DNA from: Candidatus Latescibacterota bacterium
Lineage (GTDB): Bacteria > Latescibacterota > UBA2968 > UBA8231
Direction: 5' to 3'
Length of the DNA: 64,000 nt
Assembly: GCA_965261395.1 (NCBI GenBank)
Contig: OZ253462.1
Location: forward strand, 6,485,485 to 6,549,484
Part shown: positions 10,400 through 19,941 of the stretch, one piece after another
Position numbering within the stretch: position 1 is the stretch's first letter
Layout: each line of letters opens with the position of its first letter
The notes under the pieces: model-generated
The model's database searches: none
What the model was told of the DNA's origin: nothing
The model's input: the letters and a program-made list of their open reading frames with translations, nothing else
Translations under genes and position numbers: made by a program

Positions 10400-11176
10400 T
10401 CACGGCGCATCCGATGAGCTGGCTTTTTCCAATTCGGGCAGCAGCACGTACTTGACCCAACCAAAACCTGGATTGATTTCAAGCGCTTTTTCAAAGGCTG
10501 CTCGCGCCAATTCCAACTCACCTCGATCCTGGTAAGCGATGCCGAGCCAAGCGTAGGCTTCGCTGTGCCCCCATACTGGCTGGATGGGATCGGTGGGCTC
10601 TTCTTGGGCAAAGAGTTCGGTGGCGCGCTGGAGCCCTTGCAGACCCTTTTCTTTGCTTCCACCAAACATTTTGGGGGTATTAAAATCGCTGATGGCCGCG
10701 CTCAGTACCACGCGCGGATTGTCGGGGGCGAGTTGCTTGGCTTTTTGGCTGGCCTTTCCAACTTTGGGGCCTATGAACATGCTTTTCATAGGACTCAGGC
10801 CAATCTGTAGTCCGTACGCGCTCGACAGCAAGGCATAAGCTTCGGCTGCTTGTGGGTCAATCTCGGTAGCCTTTTTCAAGTGCTCGACCGCGGCTTTGAG
10901 GTGCTCAGAAGCCTGATCTTTGCTTTCTTCGCCCAATAGGCTGGCAATGCGGTAATCGGCCAAAGCGATGTAGTAGTGTCCCCACGCAGCCAAGCTAGTA
11001 TCGGCCAAGGCGCGCTCGAACGTGGCTCGCGACGCATACATCGCGTCGAGATCGCTTGCATTTTCACCGGCTTGCAGCATCTGTCTTCCACTGACGATAA
11101 GACTGTCGGCCGGTTGGGCAAGGGTGGGATAGGTGATCGAGAAAATGAAAACAAGTGAGAGCAGAAAGCGTAGCAT
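10400..11176 (-). CDS. secreted TPR-like protein, paralogue of the C-terminal domain of 13451..15139
   Basis: Signal peptide; PDNPRVVL...TPKMFGGSKEKG...PVWGHSEAYAWLG aligns by eye with the TPR tail of the ABC ATPase. Confidence 0.8.
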   Translation of the reverse strand: MLRFLLSLVFIFSITYPTLAQPADSLIVSGRQMLQAGENASDLDAMYASRATFERALADTSLAAWGHYYIALADYRIASLLGEESKDQASEHLKAAVEHLKKATEIDPQAAEAYALLSSAYGLQIGLSPMKSMFIGPKVGKASQKAKQLAPDNPRVVLSAAISDFNTPKMFGGSKEKGLQGLQRATELFAQEEPTDPIQPVWGHSEAYAWLGIAYQDRGELELARAAFEKALEINPGFGWVKYVLLPELEKASSSDAP

Positions 11177-11197
11177 AAGTGGCCCCTTTGTTTAAGG

Positions 11198-13444
11198 TCA
11201 ATAGTTCAAGGAAACGGTGGTGCCAAAGTAAATGGATCGGCGAAAGAGGGTGGTGCGGGGCTGGCGCTGGGTATAGTCGATGCTGTAGTCATAGTCGAGC
11301 ACATTTGCGCGATTGAGCAAGTTGTTGACCGCCAAGTAGAAGACCGCTTGGTGCCCGGAGCCAAAGAAATGCACATAGCTCAACTGTCCATCTATCTGTT
11401 GAAAGGACGGCAGCCGTTCTGAGCCAACAGGTCCTTCCACGGGCAGGTAGTAGCTTTTGTTTGCTACGGGAACGGCACCGACGATTGGCGTGATGGGGCG
11501 ACCGGTAGCGTATCTCAGCGTCAGGCCGCCGCTGAGGGAGCGGACGATCTGCATTTTTGTAACCAAGGTCAGATTGTGCGTGATATCAAACGGCGAAGGG
11601 GCTTCTTCGCGGAGCATCTCAAACCCTATGTGGCGCACCTGCAATCGGCGCGACCTCAGCAGACTATAGGCCATCCACCCGCTCAAACGCGTATTGAGAA
11701 AACCGCCGTACTTACAAAAGAGGTCAACACCAGAAGCCCGGCCTCCATCAGCATTTGTAAGGTTCAGGTCGGAATCATCTATGACGAGATTGCGGTAGGG
11801 TTTGTAGTAAGCCTCCAACCGTACTATGAATTGTCCGCGTTCGTGATGCAAGCCGCCTATCCAGTGTTGGGCGCGCTGAGGCCCTAGATTGGGGTTACCG
11901 CTGGTGGGGTTGTATTCAAATGGGGCGGGGAATTGGTGATAGATGCCCCACGCGAGGCGGGCGTTTGTGTCTTCTGAGAACTGGTATCGCGCAGACAGGC
12001 GCGGATCTAGGACAAAACCGCCGCTCAAGCTGTGGTGGTCGGCGCGCATACCGACATTGGCGACAATGCGACGCAGGGGTCTGAAATCGACCTCAAAGTA
12101 GGCACCCGTGCGTCTGGCGCTATAGGAGGTGTCGAGTTCAAAAACCTCTGCCTCGGGGTCGAGAATATCGCCTTGAGGAATGCTGCCTACGAAGCGGTTG
12201 TCAGCGTGCTCCATTTCAGCACCGAGGCGCAATATCCCGAAAGTATCGAGGACGCGTTCCCAGTCCGTGCGAATCTTGCCGGTCAAGTCGCGGGGGGTCA
12301 GATCTAGGTTGCCCAATTGCCGCCGGGTCGCGTGCCGGTTCAGTGAGGCACTGGTCTGGATGAACCAACCGGCCAACACATCCGTCCACTGGAGATTGTG
12401 CAAGGCTCTATCAGTGCGGCTTCGATACAGGCCGTCAAAGGAAGGCTCTGCAACCTGTACGCCAAGTTCCTCGCCAGCGTCGAAGCTGAAGAGCTTGAGG
12501 CGTCCGGTAGGCGAGTACTGGTAGATCAGGTTGAGGTTTCCGTCGTGTCCTCGTGGAGGCGTGGTGAATGCGTCGCGGTGTCCATTGACGCGGAACAGGA
12601 GATCGGTAAAGCTCAGATTGCCCGTGGAGCGCAGGCCGAGCTTATCCTCAATAAGGGGCAAGTCGAGGCCCACAGAGCCGGCACCCAGACCCAAACCAAG
12701 CTTATAGCTCCGTTGTACGGGCATGTCTAGGCTCTCCATTGCCAGTACCGCAGAAAGCGCATTGCCGTAGCGCGCCGAGAATCCACCGGTGGAAAAGGTC
12801 GTACCCTGCACCATAAAGGGAGGAATCGTGCCGAATACTCCGCCAGTGGGCGATTCGTATCTGTAGGGATGCACCACCGTGGCTTGATCGAGCAAGATGA
12901 CAGTCTCACTCACGTCGCCCCCTCGGACGAAAAGACCGGCACCGTCATCTACGGTGGCAACGCCGGGAAAAGTCTTGAACGCGCGAAAGATATCGGCAGA
13001 AGCCCCAGGCGTTGTGACCACATCTAAGGGGGCAAGGGTAACGGTCTCATCCTCCCCCGTGGTATAGGTGCTAACTGTAACGACGGTTTCACCGAGCTCA
13101 ATGAGGACGCGCCGCAGCACCAAACGCACCGTGGTGGTATCGCCCGCAGTTAAGTGCAGGGTCTGCCGGGTGGGTTCAAAGCCGATGAAGGAGGCGCTCA
13201 AGTCGTGTGGTCCAAGGTGCCGAGTGAAAAAGGCAAAGTGGCCGTCGCGGCTTGTTATTGCACCGTCGGTGGTCTCGACGATTTGTACGTTGACAAAGGC
13301 CATCGGTCGTTCTGTCTCATCGACGACCTGTCCCTGGATAAATGCCTGACTCTGGGCAAAGACCTGCCCGCTGTGCAGACTAGTGAACAGGGAAACGCAA
13401 AGCAGGACAATCCCGACTTGTCGAGCGGTACATCTTTTATTCAT
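11198..13444 (-). CDS. TonB-dependent receptor with N-terminal carboxypeptidase-regulatory-like domain
   Basis: Signal peptide; IQGQVVD...FVNVQI; plug motifs FPGV, LFVRGG, FSTGGFSARYGNALS; NNLLNRAN and terminal aromatic residue. Confidence 0.9.
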   Translation of the reverse strand: MNKRCTARQVGIVLLCVSLFTSLHSGQVFAQSQAFIQGQVVDETERPMAFVNVQIVETTDGAITSRDGHFAFFTRHLGPHDLSASFIGFEPTRQTLHLTAGDTTTVRLVLRRVLIELGETVVTVSTYTTGEDETVTLAPLDVVTTPGASADIFRAFKTFPGVATVDDGAGLFVRGGDVSETVILLDQATVVHPYRYESPTGGVFGTIPPFMVQGTTFSTGGFSARYGNALSAVLAMESLDMPVQRSYKLGLGLGAGSVGLDLPLIEDKLGLRSTGNLSFTDLLFRVNGHRDAFTTPPRGHDGNLNLIYQYSPTGRLKLFSFDAGEELGVQVAEPSFDGLYRSRTDRALHNLQWTDVLAGWFIQTSASLNRHATRRQLGNLDLTPRDLTGKIRTDWERVLDTFGILRLGAEMEHADNRFVGSIPQGDILDPEAEVFELDTSYSARRTGAYFEVDFRPLRRIVANVGMRADHHSLSGGFVLDPRLSARYQFSEDTNARLAWGIYHQFPAPFEYNPTSGNPNLGPQRAQHWIGGLHHERGQFIVRLEAYYKPYRNLVIDDSDLNLTNADGGRASGVDLFCKYGGFLNTRLSGWMAYSLLRSRRLQVRHIGFEMLREEAPSPFDITHNLTLVTKMQIVRSLSGGLTLRYATGRPITPIVGAVPVANKSYYLPVEGPVGSERLPSFQQIDGQLSYVHFFGSGHQAVFYLAVNNLLNRANVLDYDYSIDYTQRQPRTTLFRRSIYFGTTVSLNY

Positions 13445-13450
13445 TGCGTA

Positions 13451-15139
13451 CTAACGGTCCAATCCCGGCAATAAGTGGTTTTTTACCCAGCCGTTGTTGG
13501 GATTCACTGCAAGGGCTTTGACAAAGGCTTCCCTTGCCCCCTCGATGTCTCCGGCCTCTTGACGCATGATGCCCAATTGAGCGCAGGCTTCGTCATAGCC
13601 CCAAGAGGGTCGGAAGGGATCGCGGATTTCCTCTTTGGCGAACAGTTCAAGGGCCTGCTCCATCTTAGAGATAGCCCTCTGCTTGTCTCCGCCGAATACC
13701 GCAGGAGTATAATAGTCACTCATTCCATCTATCAAGACAACGCGAGGATTGTCGCCCTCAAGTCGCTTGGATTTTTCAAGAACTCTTTTGATCTCGGGAC
13801 CCAGCGCCATACCCAAATGAGGCTTCAGGCCGAGCTTTTGACCATAGGCACTGGCTAAGAGAGCATGGGCGTCGCTGAAGTTGTCTTCCAACTCGATAGC
13901 CCCTTTGAGATGCTCTATGGTTCGGTTGATGCTCTGGGCCTGTTCGTCGGGAGCGGACGCAAAGAGCGTGGCGAGGCGGTATTCGCACAAAGCCAGATAA
14001 TACAGTGCAAATCCCTCGTGATGGCCGTCTTGGCGAGCGCGATCGAACAGTTTCTGTGCCTCATATAATTGATCGGGGTTGGAGGAATCAATTGCCTGCT
14101 GAAGAAGCTCTTTGCCCTCGACGAAAGGAGCCTCGGATTCGATGCCCTGATCATTTTTTGCGATTTTTTGGCCATAGCGCATATATCGGCTTCCCGTAGC
14201 GAATAGGTATACATCTTCAAGATCGGCGGTTTTTACGGAAAATTGATGTATGTTCAAGCTGTTAAGACGGTCTATAACCGCATTCTTAAATACCTCATCC
14301 TTGCCATATATGCACACGCCTTGAGAATTGCCGTCGACGTGGGTTATTCCAGGACAGTCTGCCAAGGTTTCGGGATCGACTTCGGTTTCTACTTCTACTT
14401 TGAGGTTTAGCTGAAACTTTTCGAGCAGTTGCGGCACCGAGCCAGAGGCAATGATTTGGCCCTTGTTCATCACACAGACCACATCGCTGTACTGCTGGGC
14501 TTCCGGCATATTGTGGGTGGTCATGATAATGGTAAGGCCCTGAGTGCGATAGTGATTCAGAACATCCCAGAGTTGCCGACGCAAATGCGGATCCAAGTTA
14601 CTCGACGGCTCATCGAGGATTAGCAGCGCAGGTCTGCCCACTAAGGCAATAGCAATGAGCAGTCTGCGCTTTTCGCCTCCTGACAGGTCTTTGTAGGCTG
14701 TCTTCTGCTGACGTTGCAAGTCAAAAATATCCATCAACTCATCGGGATCAACAGGGTTCTGATACATTTTCGCATAAAGGCGTAGCGCCTCTCTGACCCG
14801 AATATCATTGTAGAGGGAATCTTCTTGAAATTGGATGCCGATTCTGCTGCGTATATCCTTGCGTCGTCGCAGATCGGGAATTCTTTCGCCAAATAAATTG
14901 ATGTCTCCAGAGTCGGGCTTTTTTAAACCAACAATGCAATCTATAATAGACGTTTTACCCGCTCCGTTGGGTCCTACCAGACAAAAGACCTGTTGTCGAT
15001 ATACGGCAAAACTAACGCCTTGGACAGCGACGAGCTTGCCATAGGTTTTGCACAGGGCATCTATCTGTAGGATAGGTGCTTGCTCTCGACGGCCACTGTC
15101 TGGGAATGAGGTGCTCGAAGTTGAAGTCATGATTTCCAT
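13451..15139 (-). CDS. ABC exporter ATP-binding subunit fused to a C-terminal TPR-like domain
   Basis: GPNGAGKT, LSGGE, ILDEP, TTH; ATPase ends at LEDVYLFATG and the frame continues ~240 aa into TPR-like helices. Confidence 0.88.
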   Translation of the reverse strand: MEIMTSTSSTSFPDSGRREQAPILQIDALCKTYGKLVAVQGVSFAVYRQQVFCLVGPNGAGKTSIIDCIVGLKKPDSGDINLFGERIPDLRRRKDIRSRIGIQFQEDSLYNDIRVREALRLYAKMYQNPVDPDELMDIFDLQRQQKTAYKDLSGGEKRRLLIAIALVGRPALLILDEPSSNLDPHLRRQLWDVLNHYRTQGLTIIMTTHNMPEAQQYSDVVCVMNKGQIIASGSVPQLLEKFQLNLKVEVETEVDPETLADCPGITHVDGNSQGVCIYGKDEVFKNAVIDRLNSLNIHQFSVKTADLEDVYLFATGSRYMRYGQKIAKNDQGIESEAPFVEGKELLQQAIDSSNPDQLYEAQKLFDRARQDGHHEGFALYYLALCEYRLATLFASAPDEQAQSINRTIEHLKGAIELEDNFSDAHALLASAYGQKLGLKPHLGMALGPEIKRVLEKSKRLEGDNPRVVLIDGMSDYYTPAVFGGDKQRAISKMEQALELFAKEEIRDPFRPSWGYDEACAQLGIMRQEAGDIEGAREAFVKALAVNPNNGWVKNHLLPGLDR

Positions 15140-15855
15140 TCGATGCGGATTTTAAAGACCATAAGGTTGAAAACCTGATGGCACAGTATGCATGGCAAAA
15201 GACTATCGGAAGTGAGATACATAAGACTCAAAATTACACCAAACAGGGTTTTAGAGATCACATTTGCTAAGCCATAGGCGATATGATTCATTCCAAATGC
15301 TAAGGAAGAGATAATAATTGCGTATTGCACAGGTATATTTAAGACATCTATTGCATAGGGGATCAAGTAGCCTCTCCATAATATCTCTTCCAAGAGGGAT
15401 TCGCTAAGGATGCAACCTAATAACAAGCCGATAGGTAACTTTTGCCCTTGCCTGACAATGCGTTTGGTCTCCCCGAACATCCGGTGTCTTGCTAGCGGCT
15501 TACTTCCCATCCGTAGTTTCAACCACACCCGTGCCGCAATGATCTCTAAGTAATAAAGGACCACTCCCGTACCTATACTGACAAAAATCGCAATGCCGAG
15601 CGATAAGGGCTTCGGGGAATCGAACCACATAGGCCATGCAAAGGCTGACTTCAGAATGCAGATGGCCGGATCGCATACATTCAGAATTAGAACCAAAGCA
15701 CCCATCAGAGAAGCCAACGGCACTAAAACGTCGTAGCGTTCCAAATTTACATTCAGCGTTTTTTTAGATAGCATCCAGCTACCCATCAGGTATAGACCTG
15801 CGTGTACGACATAAAGGACGCTAGGGTACGCTAGGATAAAAACAAAACAGAACAT
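15127..15855 (-). CDS. CPBP (type II CAAX / Abi) intramembrane metalloprotease, SagE-like
   Basis: EEILWRG (EExxxR), FGMNH (FxxxH), HQVFN (HxxxN); hydrophobic helices. Confidence 0.88.
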   Translation of the reverse strand: MFCFVFILAYPSVLYVVHAGLYLMGSWMLSKKTLNVNLERYDVLVPLASLMGALVLILNVCDPAICILKSAFAWPMWFDSPKPLSLGIAIFVSIGTGVVLYYLEIIAARVWLKLRMGSKPLARHRMFGETKRIVRQGQKLPIGLLLGCILSESLLEEILWRGYLIPYAIDVLNIPVQYAIIISSLAFGMNHIAYGLANVISKTLFGVILSLMYLTSDSLLPCILCHQVFNLMVFKIRIEWKS

Positions 15856-15870
15856 AGTTTGCGACTGAGT

Positions 15871-17334
15871 TTAGGGGAAAGGAAAAGGTCCTGGTTTGAG
15901 CTCTTTGAATATGAGTGGCTTATCTCTTAATCCCATTTTCATGGGCACTTCGTAAATTCGTGGATGTCCCAAGTATGGATATGCACTTATGTGATGTTGG
16001 ATCAATTCCGGGATGAATACTTTGACGACCTTCATTTGAGACATCTGTCCGTGAGTGCAATCGATAACAATAGGGTCTATAGCATATCGTTGAAGAACTT
16101 CCTTGAGATATTCCAATTGCTCATCTGAATGTTTGAATTTTACCTTTGGCAATTCCGCCAGGAACACGGTGTCATCGCTGCGAAAAAAATCTTTTAGGCA
16201 CCCGGCATTTTCGGCATGCCCGTAATAGCCGATAGTTTCCAGAAATGTAAGCATCTCGGCTAGGGGTTTGTCGGGTGAGGCACCAAATATCGCCTCAATA
16301 CTTTTCAGCAATTGTCGTTGTGGTGCCAACATAGCGCATTTCAATTGTAGTTCGGATTGCCCATACTCCAGTAAGGCTTGGAAGAAGGTTTCTTCTCCAT
16401 TCAACCCCGCTGCCGATCCAGCCTGATAGGCGAATTTCTTGTAGTAAGGTACTAGCTGGGTTGCCGATATAGAAGGCAACTCGGGAAAGCCAACGTCGTG
16501 TAACCAAAAATTTACATCACCAGAGAGAGATTTGATATGTTCTAATGCTCTGTTGACCTTCTTGGAACAGAGAGATCCATCAACTTCCACTCGGCGCAGC
16601 GGGATATCTGCATACCAAGACAGTATCAAGGCATCGCGTTCGATGATCTCTATTACTCCAGCAATGATGGCTAAGGGTTCATCTATATGAGAGGCCATAC
16701 CGGAAGAGGACGAATAGCCGATTCGGGCCTCTTCCATGGATGGAATATAAAAGAAGAGCGCGAGCTGTAGAGGAATCCAGATATCTTCTTGACTAATGAG
16801 CCGACGTCCCTTGATCCAGTTAAACTCAGTGTCGTGAGTAAAGGGTTGAAAAAAGAAATTAGGGGAGGCGTATTGCTCTTCTGCAAACAGGGGCAGTGCT
16901 TCCGGCGCAATAGCATTTTGACCGGCCTGTTGCAGGAGACTATAGGATCCAGCACAGATCTCTAAGTCTTCTTTGAAGAAAGCTAATGCCCCAGACAGCC
17001 TTTCAACACTTTCTCCTAAGCCGGACAGAAAGGAAGATGGGAGATCAAATCCCTTGCCTCCTCCGAGAACAGAAGAGTTTAGTCCCAAGTTCACTGAGGG
17101 TAGCCCTATTACTTGGCGCATGACTTGGTCGGTGTCCCAGTGGCTACTATTAGCGACGATGGTTTGGGAAACCCCAGCTCCTCCGTTGTAAACCATCGAG
17201 CGTCGAATTGGGCCGTTGGGAGAATACCACGATAGCATTTCTCTGATTGCCCTGCCTTCTCTCTCACTCATCAGGTTAGGCAAAATTTCTCGGTGAGGGT
17301 TGATGTAGGTGGAACGCAGTTTTAGAGAAGTCAT
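15871..17334 (-). CDS. YcaO cyclodehydratase (TOMM D protein)
   Basis: GKG...GESVER, SSSGMASH, EIIERDA ATP/Mg-binding motifs; C-terminus PGPFPFP typical of azoline-forming YcaOs. Confidence 0.92.
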   Translation of the reverse strand: MTSLKLRSTYINPHREILPNLMSEREGRAIREMLSWYSPNGPIRRSMVYNGGAGVSQTIVANSSHWDTDQVMRQVIGLPSVNLGLNSSVLGGGKGFDLPSSFLSGLGESVERLSGALAFFKEDLEICAGSYSLLQQAGQNAIAPEALPLFAEEQYASPNFFFQPFTHDTEFNWIKGRRLISQEDIWIPLQLALFFYIPSMEEARIGYSSSSGMASHIDEPLAIIAGVIEIIERDALILSWYADIPLRRVEVDGSLCSKKVNRALEHIKSLSGDVNFWLHDVGFPELPSISATQLVPYYKKFAYQAGSAAGLNGEETFFQALLEYGQSELQLKCAMLAPQRQLLKSIEAIFGASPDKPLAEMLTFLETIGYYGHAENAGCLKDFFRSDDTVFLAELPKVKFKHSDEQLEYLKEVLQRYAIDPIVIDCTHGQMSQMKVVKVFIPELIQHHISAYPYLGHPRIYEVPMKMGLRDKPLIFKELKPGPFPFP

Positions 17335-17343
17335 AGCGAAAGT

Positions 17344-18117
17344 TTACACCTCCCACTTGAATGTTCGAGTGGAGATCAAGTACGACAGCGCGGTTATACC
17401 TGTAAGAAATAGCAATGAATTTACATACAGAGCTATCGGATCTCCGAGCCATACACCAGAAAAGGTCGTGACGACATGAGTCAAAGGGGAGCACCAACTT
17501 AAGGTCTGTAGCCAATCTGGAAACATTGGCCGAGGAAAGGTAGCCCCCGATATAAAAAACATAATGAGAAACAAGAATTGGCCCAGAGCGTGGATCCCTC
17601 TTGGAGACTTGGAAAGTCCGCTTAACAAGAAACCCAAAGAAAAAAAGCAAGTAATACACACCATTCCTACAAACAGGACAATTGTCCAGTGTCCACGAAA
17701 ATGGAGATCGAAAACACCCTCTGCGACCACTATTAAGATAATGGCAGAAACAACAAATATGACAACCTGCATTGCGATGTGGACACAGAGGTAGAATCCA
17801 AGCGAGAGCGGGCTGACGACATAGCGCTTGAGGATGCCGAGCAGACGGTATTCAGCCAAGAAGTTAGTGAGGCTGGTCAAACCAGCCTGGCCGATGTATG
17901 CGGCCATGAGTGCTGGGGCGTAGAAATCGATGTAGCGCACGTCGGGGCGATCCCACATCGGAGCTTCTCCAAAGATAGAGCCGAACAGCAGGAAGACCAA
18001 GACGGGGAATACAAATGTAAAGAAGGCGGCAGTAGGCTGACGCACGAATAATTTGCACTCGACGCCCCAGAGTGCGACAAAGCTACGAAGCCAGATAATT
18101 TTGTTTGCAAAGGGCAT
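17344..18117 (-). CDS. ABC-2 type transporter permease
   Basis: FFTFVFP, EYRLLGILKRYVVSP, FFISGATFP...PDWLQ...PLTH; about six TM helices. Confidence 0.9.
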   Translation of the reverse strand: MPFANKIIWLRSFVALWGVECKLFVRQPTAAFFTFVFPVLVFLLFGSIFGEAPMWDRPDVRYIDFYAPALMAAYIGQAGLTSLTNFLAEYRLLGILKRYVVSPLSLGFYLCVHIAMQVVIFVVSAIILIVVAEGVFDLHFRGHWTIVLFVGMVCITCFFSLGFLLSGLSKSPRGIHALGQFLFLIMFFISGATFPRPMFPDWLQTLSWCSPLTHVVTTFSGVWLGDPIALYVNSLLFLTGITALSYLISTRTFKWEV

Positions 18118-18154
18118 TTTATGTGACTCCTCAACTATTCCTATAGGTGGGTTT

Positions 18155-19105
18155 TTACAGCAGCGATCTTTTATCTAATTTATTTCCAACGGCAACTAAC
18201 AAGGTTGTAAATTCTTGGAGTCCATCTAGCCCCAACAAGGAGTCAGTACGTTCATCGTCAAAGCCAAATACCATACATGACCCTAACTCAAGGGCTGTAG
18301 CGACAAGATGTAGATTCTGGCTTGCGACGCCAGTCTCAAGATGCGCCAATCGATACGATCGGTAGGCACCGTATTTCCATGTAAGCCGCGATACGTCGGA
18401 GGCGATGAAAATGATGACACTTGCTTCGGCTAACCATTCGTGTTGGGGACAACAGTTGGCCACGCGCCAACGAAAATTTCCTCTCTCAAGTAGTTCTAGG
18501 CAATTTTGGATAGAACTGTAATGATATACCCCTTGAGGAATATCTTCTATTTCGTTGGCCACGAGATAAAATTCAGTGCATTGCAGTCCACCAGGGGTTG
18601 GAAAATTGCGTAGCGTAATATCACGGCGATTATAAGCCGATATGGTGTCTCGTACACCGCAGGAATAATTCAACAGTGCGCTCAGTTTTTCTAGCGATAT
18701 AGTTGTTCTCTTGAAATCTCGGACCGAAGTGCGACCTTTTATCACTTCCGAGATAGGCTCGACGATGGGAGGAAACTTCGCTTCCAGTTGGATCTTTTCT
18801 GAACTGACGAATTCTTTATGTAGATCTGGCGCGGTTTTTTCTTTCATCTTTAGGAAAAACAGCCATTCGTCTTCCAGCAGATATTCCTTTAATCCGTTTA
18901 CTACGACAGCCAATTCGTCTATCTGTCTATTAACTGATCTATTCCGTTTAACACGCTTCAGGAACTCGCACAAAACTTGCTGCTCCTGAGGCTCCAACTC
19001 TTCCAGTTCTTGCAGCAGCACTGGCTCTAGGGCAGTCGTCGGCTCTGAATGAGGCGACGAGTCCGGCATTTCTACCGCGGCGGATTTTCCCTCTCTGATT
19101 GCCAT
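18155..19105 (-). CDS. SagB/ThcOx-type FMN-dependent azoline dehydrogenase (TOMM B protein)
   Basis: RTSVRDF FMN-binding, RNFPTPGGL, GVYHY, WKYG..RSYR...ETG..SQNL with the Lys-Tyr pair intact. Confidence 0.9.
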   Translation of the reverse strand: MAIREGKSAAVEMPDSSPHSEPTTALEPVLLQELEELEPQEQQVLCEFLKRVKRNRSVNRQIDELAVVVNGLKEYLLEDEWLFFLKMKEKTAPDLHKEFVSSEKIQLEAKFPPIVEPISEVIKGRTSVRDFKRTTISLEKLSALLNYSCGVRDTISAYNRRDITLRNFPTPGGLQCTEFYLVANEIEDIPQGVYHYSSIQNCLELLERGNFRWRVANCCPQHEWLAEASVIIFIASDVSRLTWKYGAYRSYRLAHLETGVASQNLHLVATALELGSCMVFGFDDERTDSLLGLDGLQEFTTLLVAVGNKLDKRSLL

Positions 19106-19108
19106 TAT

Positions 19109-19912
19109 CTATTCATCCGTATTGATAGGTGAGAAGGTAAGGAGAGCGTAAACGGACCGTTCCAAGCCGTCGGCTTGCACAAATTCGTCTGCTTTTGTAT
19201 CGAGAAAGTCCTGATGGACGGTGGCCGAATGTCCATAGAATTCGCACCGATGTTGGAAGTATCCCAGCAGTCGCCCGACATCAAGCAAGGTATGGCGGTA
19301 GCCCCGGGGGCCGTAGAGAAGCATGTATCGCCAAGGACAGGCGACGATAATCAACATAGTCAAACATTCTTCAAGTCTTACAGGCGGCGATCTCCAGAAC
19401 AGGCCGGGCAAAAAGGTGGTTTCATTTTTCACCTCGTGCTCAATCCAGAGGTAGTCAGACTCTGGAACTATGCGGACGAGCATTCCATCGTGCAGCACGA
19501 GCAGGTCCGCGGCATAAAGCAGGTCGGCTAGAGAGCCCGGTTCGGAAAATAATTTCAGTGGGCCTTGAAGCCACTCGGGGAGTTGATCATAAGGGATTCT
19601 CAGCCCAGAGCCGTTGTCAACCAAGGTTTCTTCATCAACGCGGTAGGCGGTTTCAAAAAACCACCGACGTACCTGTTCAAGCGTTGAGGTATCAGGGGGA
19701 ACCTGAAGGGTTGAGTGGGGGTTCAGTTTTGAGTTCTCGTGGTACAATTCGGCCACATGCGGCTTTGGTCTGACTTGTCGGTAAAGGTAATCCGAAGCCG
19801 CCGAGTGGCTCAGATCAATGCTGTGAGGAGAAGGTATAATCGATACTTCCAGAAACATCTGGATGCGCTCCAAAAGTGGATCTGGAGTGATATGAGAAGA
19901 TTCGACGGTCAT
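19109..19912 (-). CDS. degenerate SagB/nitroreductase-fold protein, probably non-catalytic
   Basis: ELYHENSK and RYMLLYGPRGYRHTLLDVG resemble SagB motifs, but KY is LY and no RxSxR or PSxG motif is visible. Confidence 0.6.
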   Translation of the reverse strand: MTVESSHITPDPLLERIQMFLEVSIIPSPHSIDLSHSAASDYLYRQVRPKPHVAELYHENSKLNPHSTLQVPPDTSTLEQVRRWFFETAYRVDEETLVDNGSGLRIPYDQLPEWLQGPLKLFSEPGSLADLLYAADLLVLHDGMLVRIVPESDYLWIEHEVKNETTFLPGLFWRSPPVRLEECLTMLIIVACPWRYMLLYGPRGYRHTLLDVGRLLGYFQHRCEFYGHSATVHQDFLDTKADEFVQADGLERSVYALLTFSPINTDE

Positions 19913-19941
19913 TTCATACTCCGTTAAGATTCGTAAGATGT

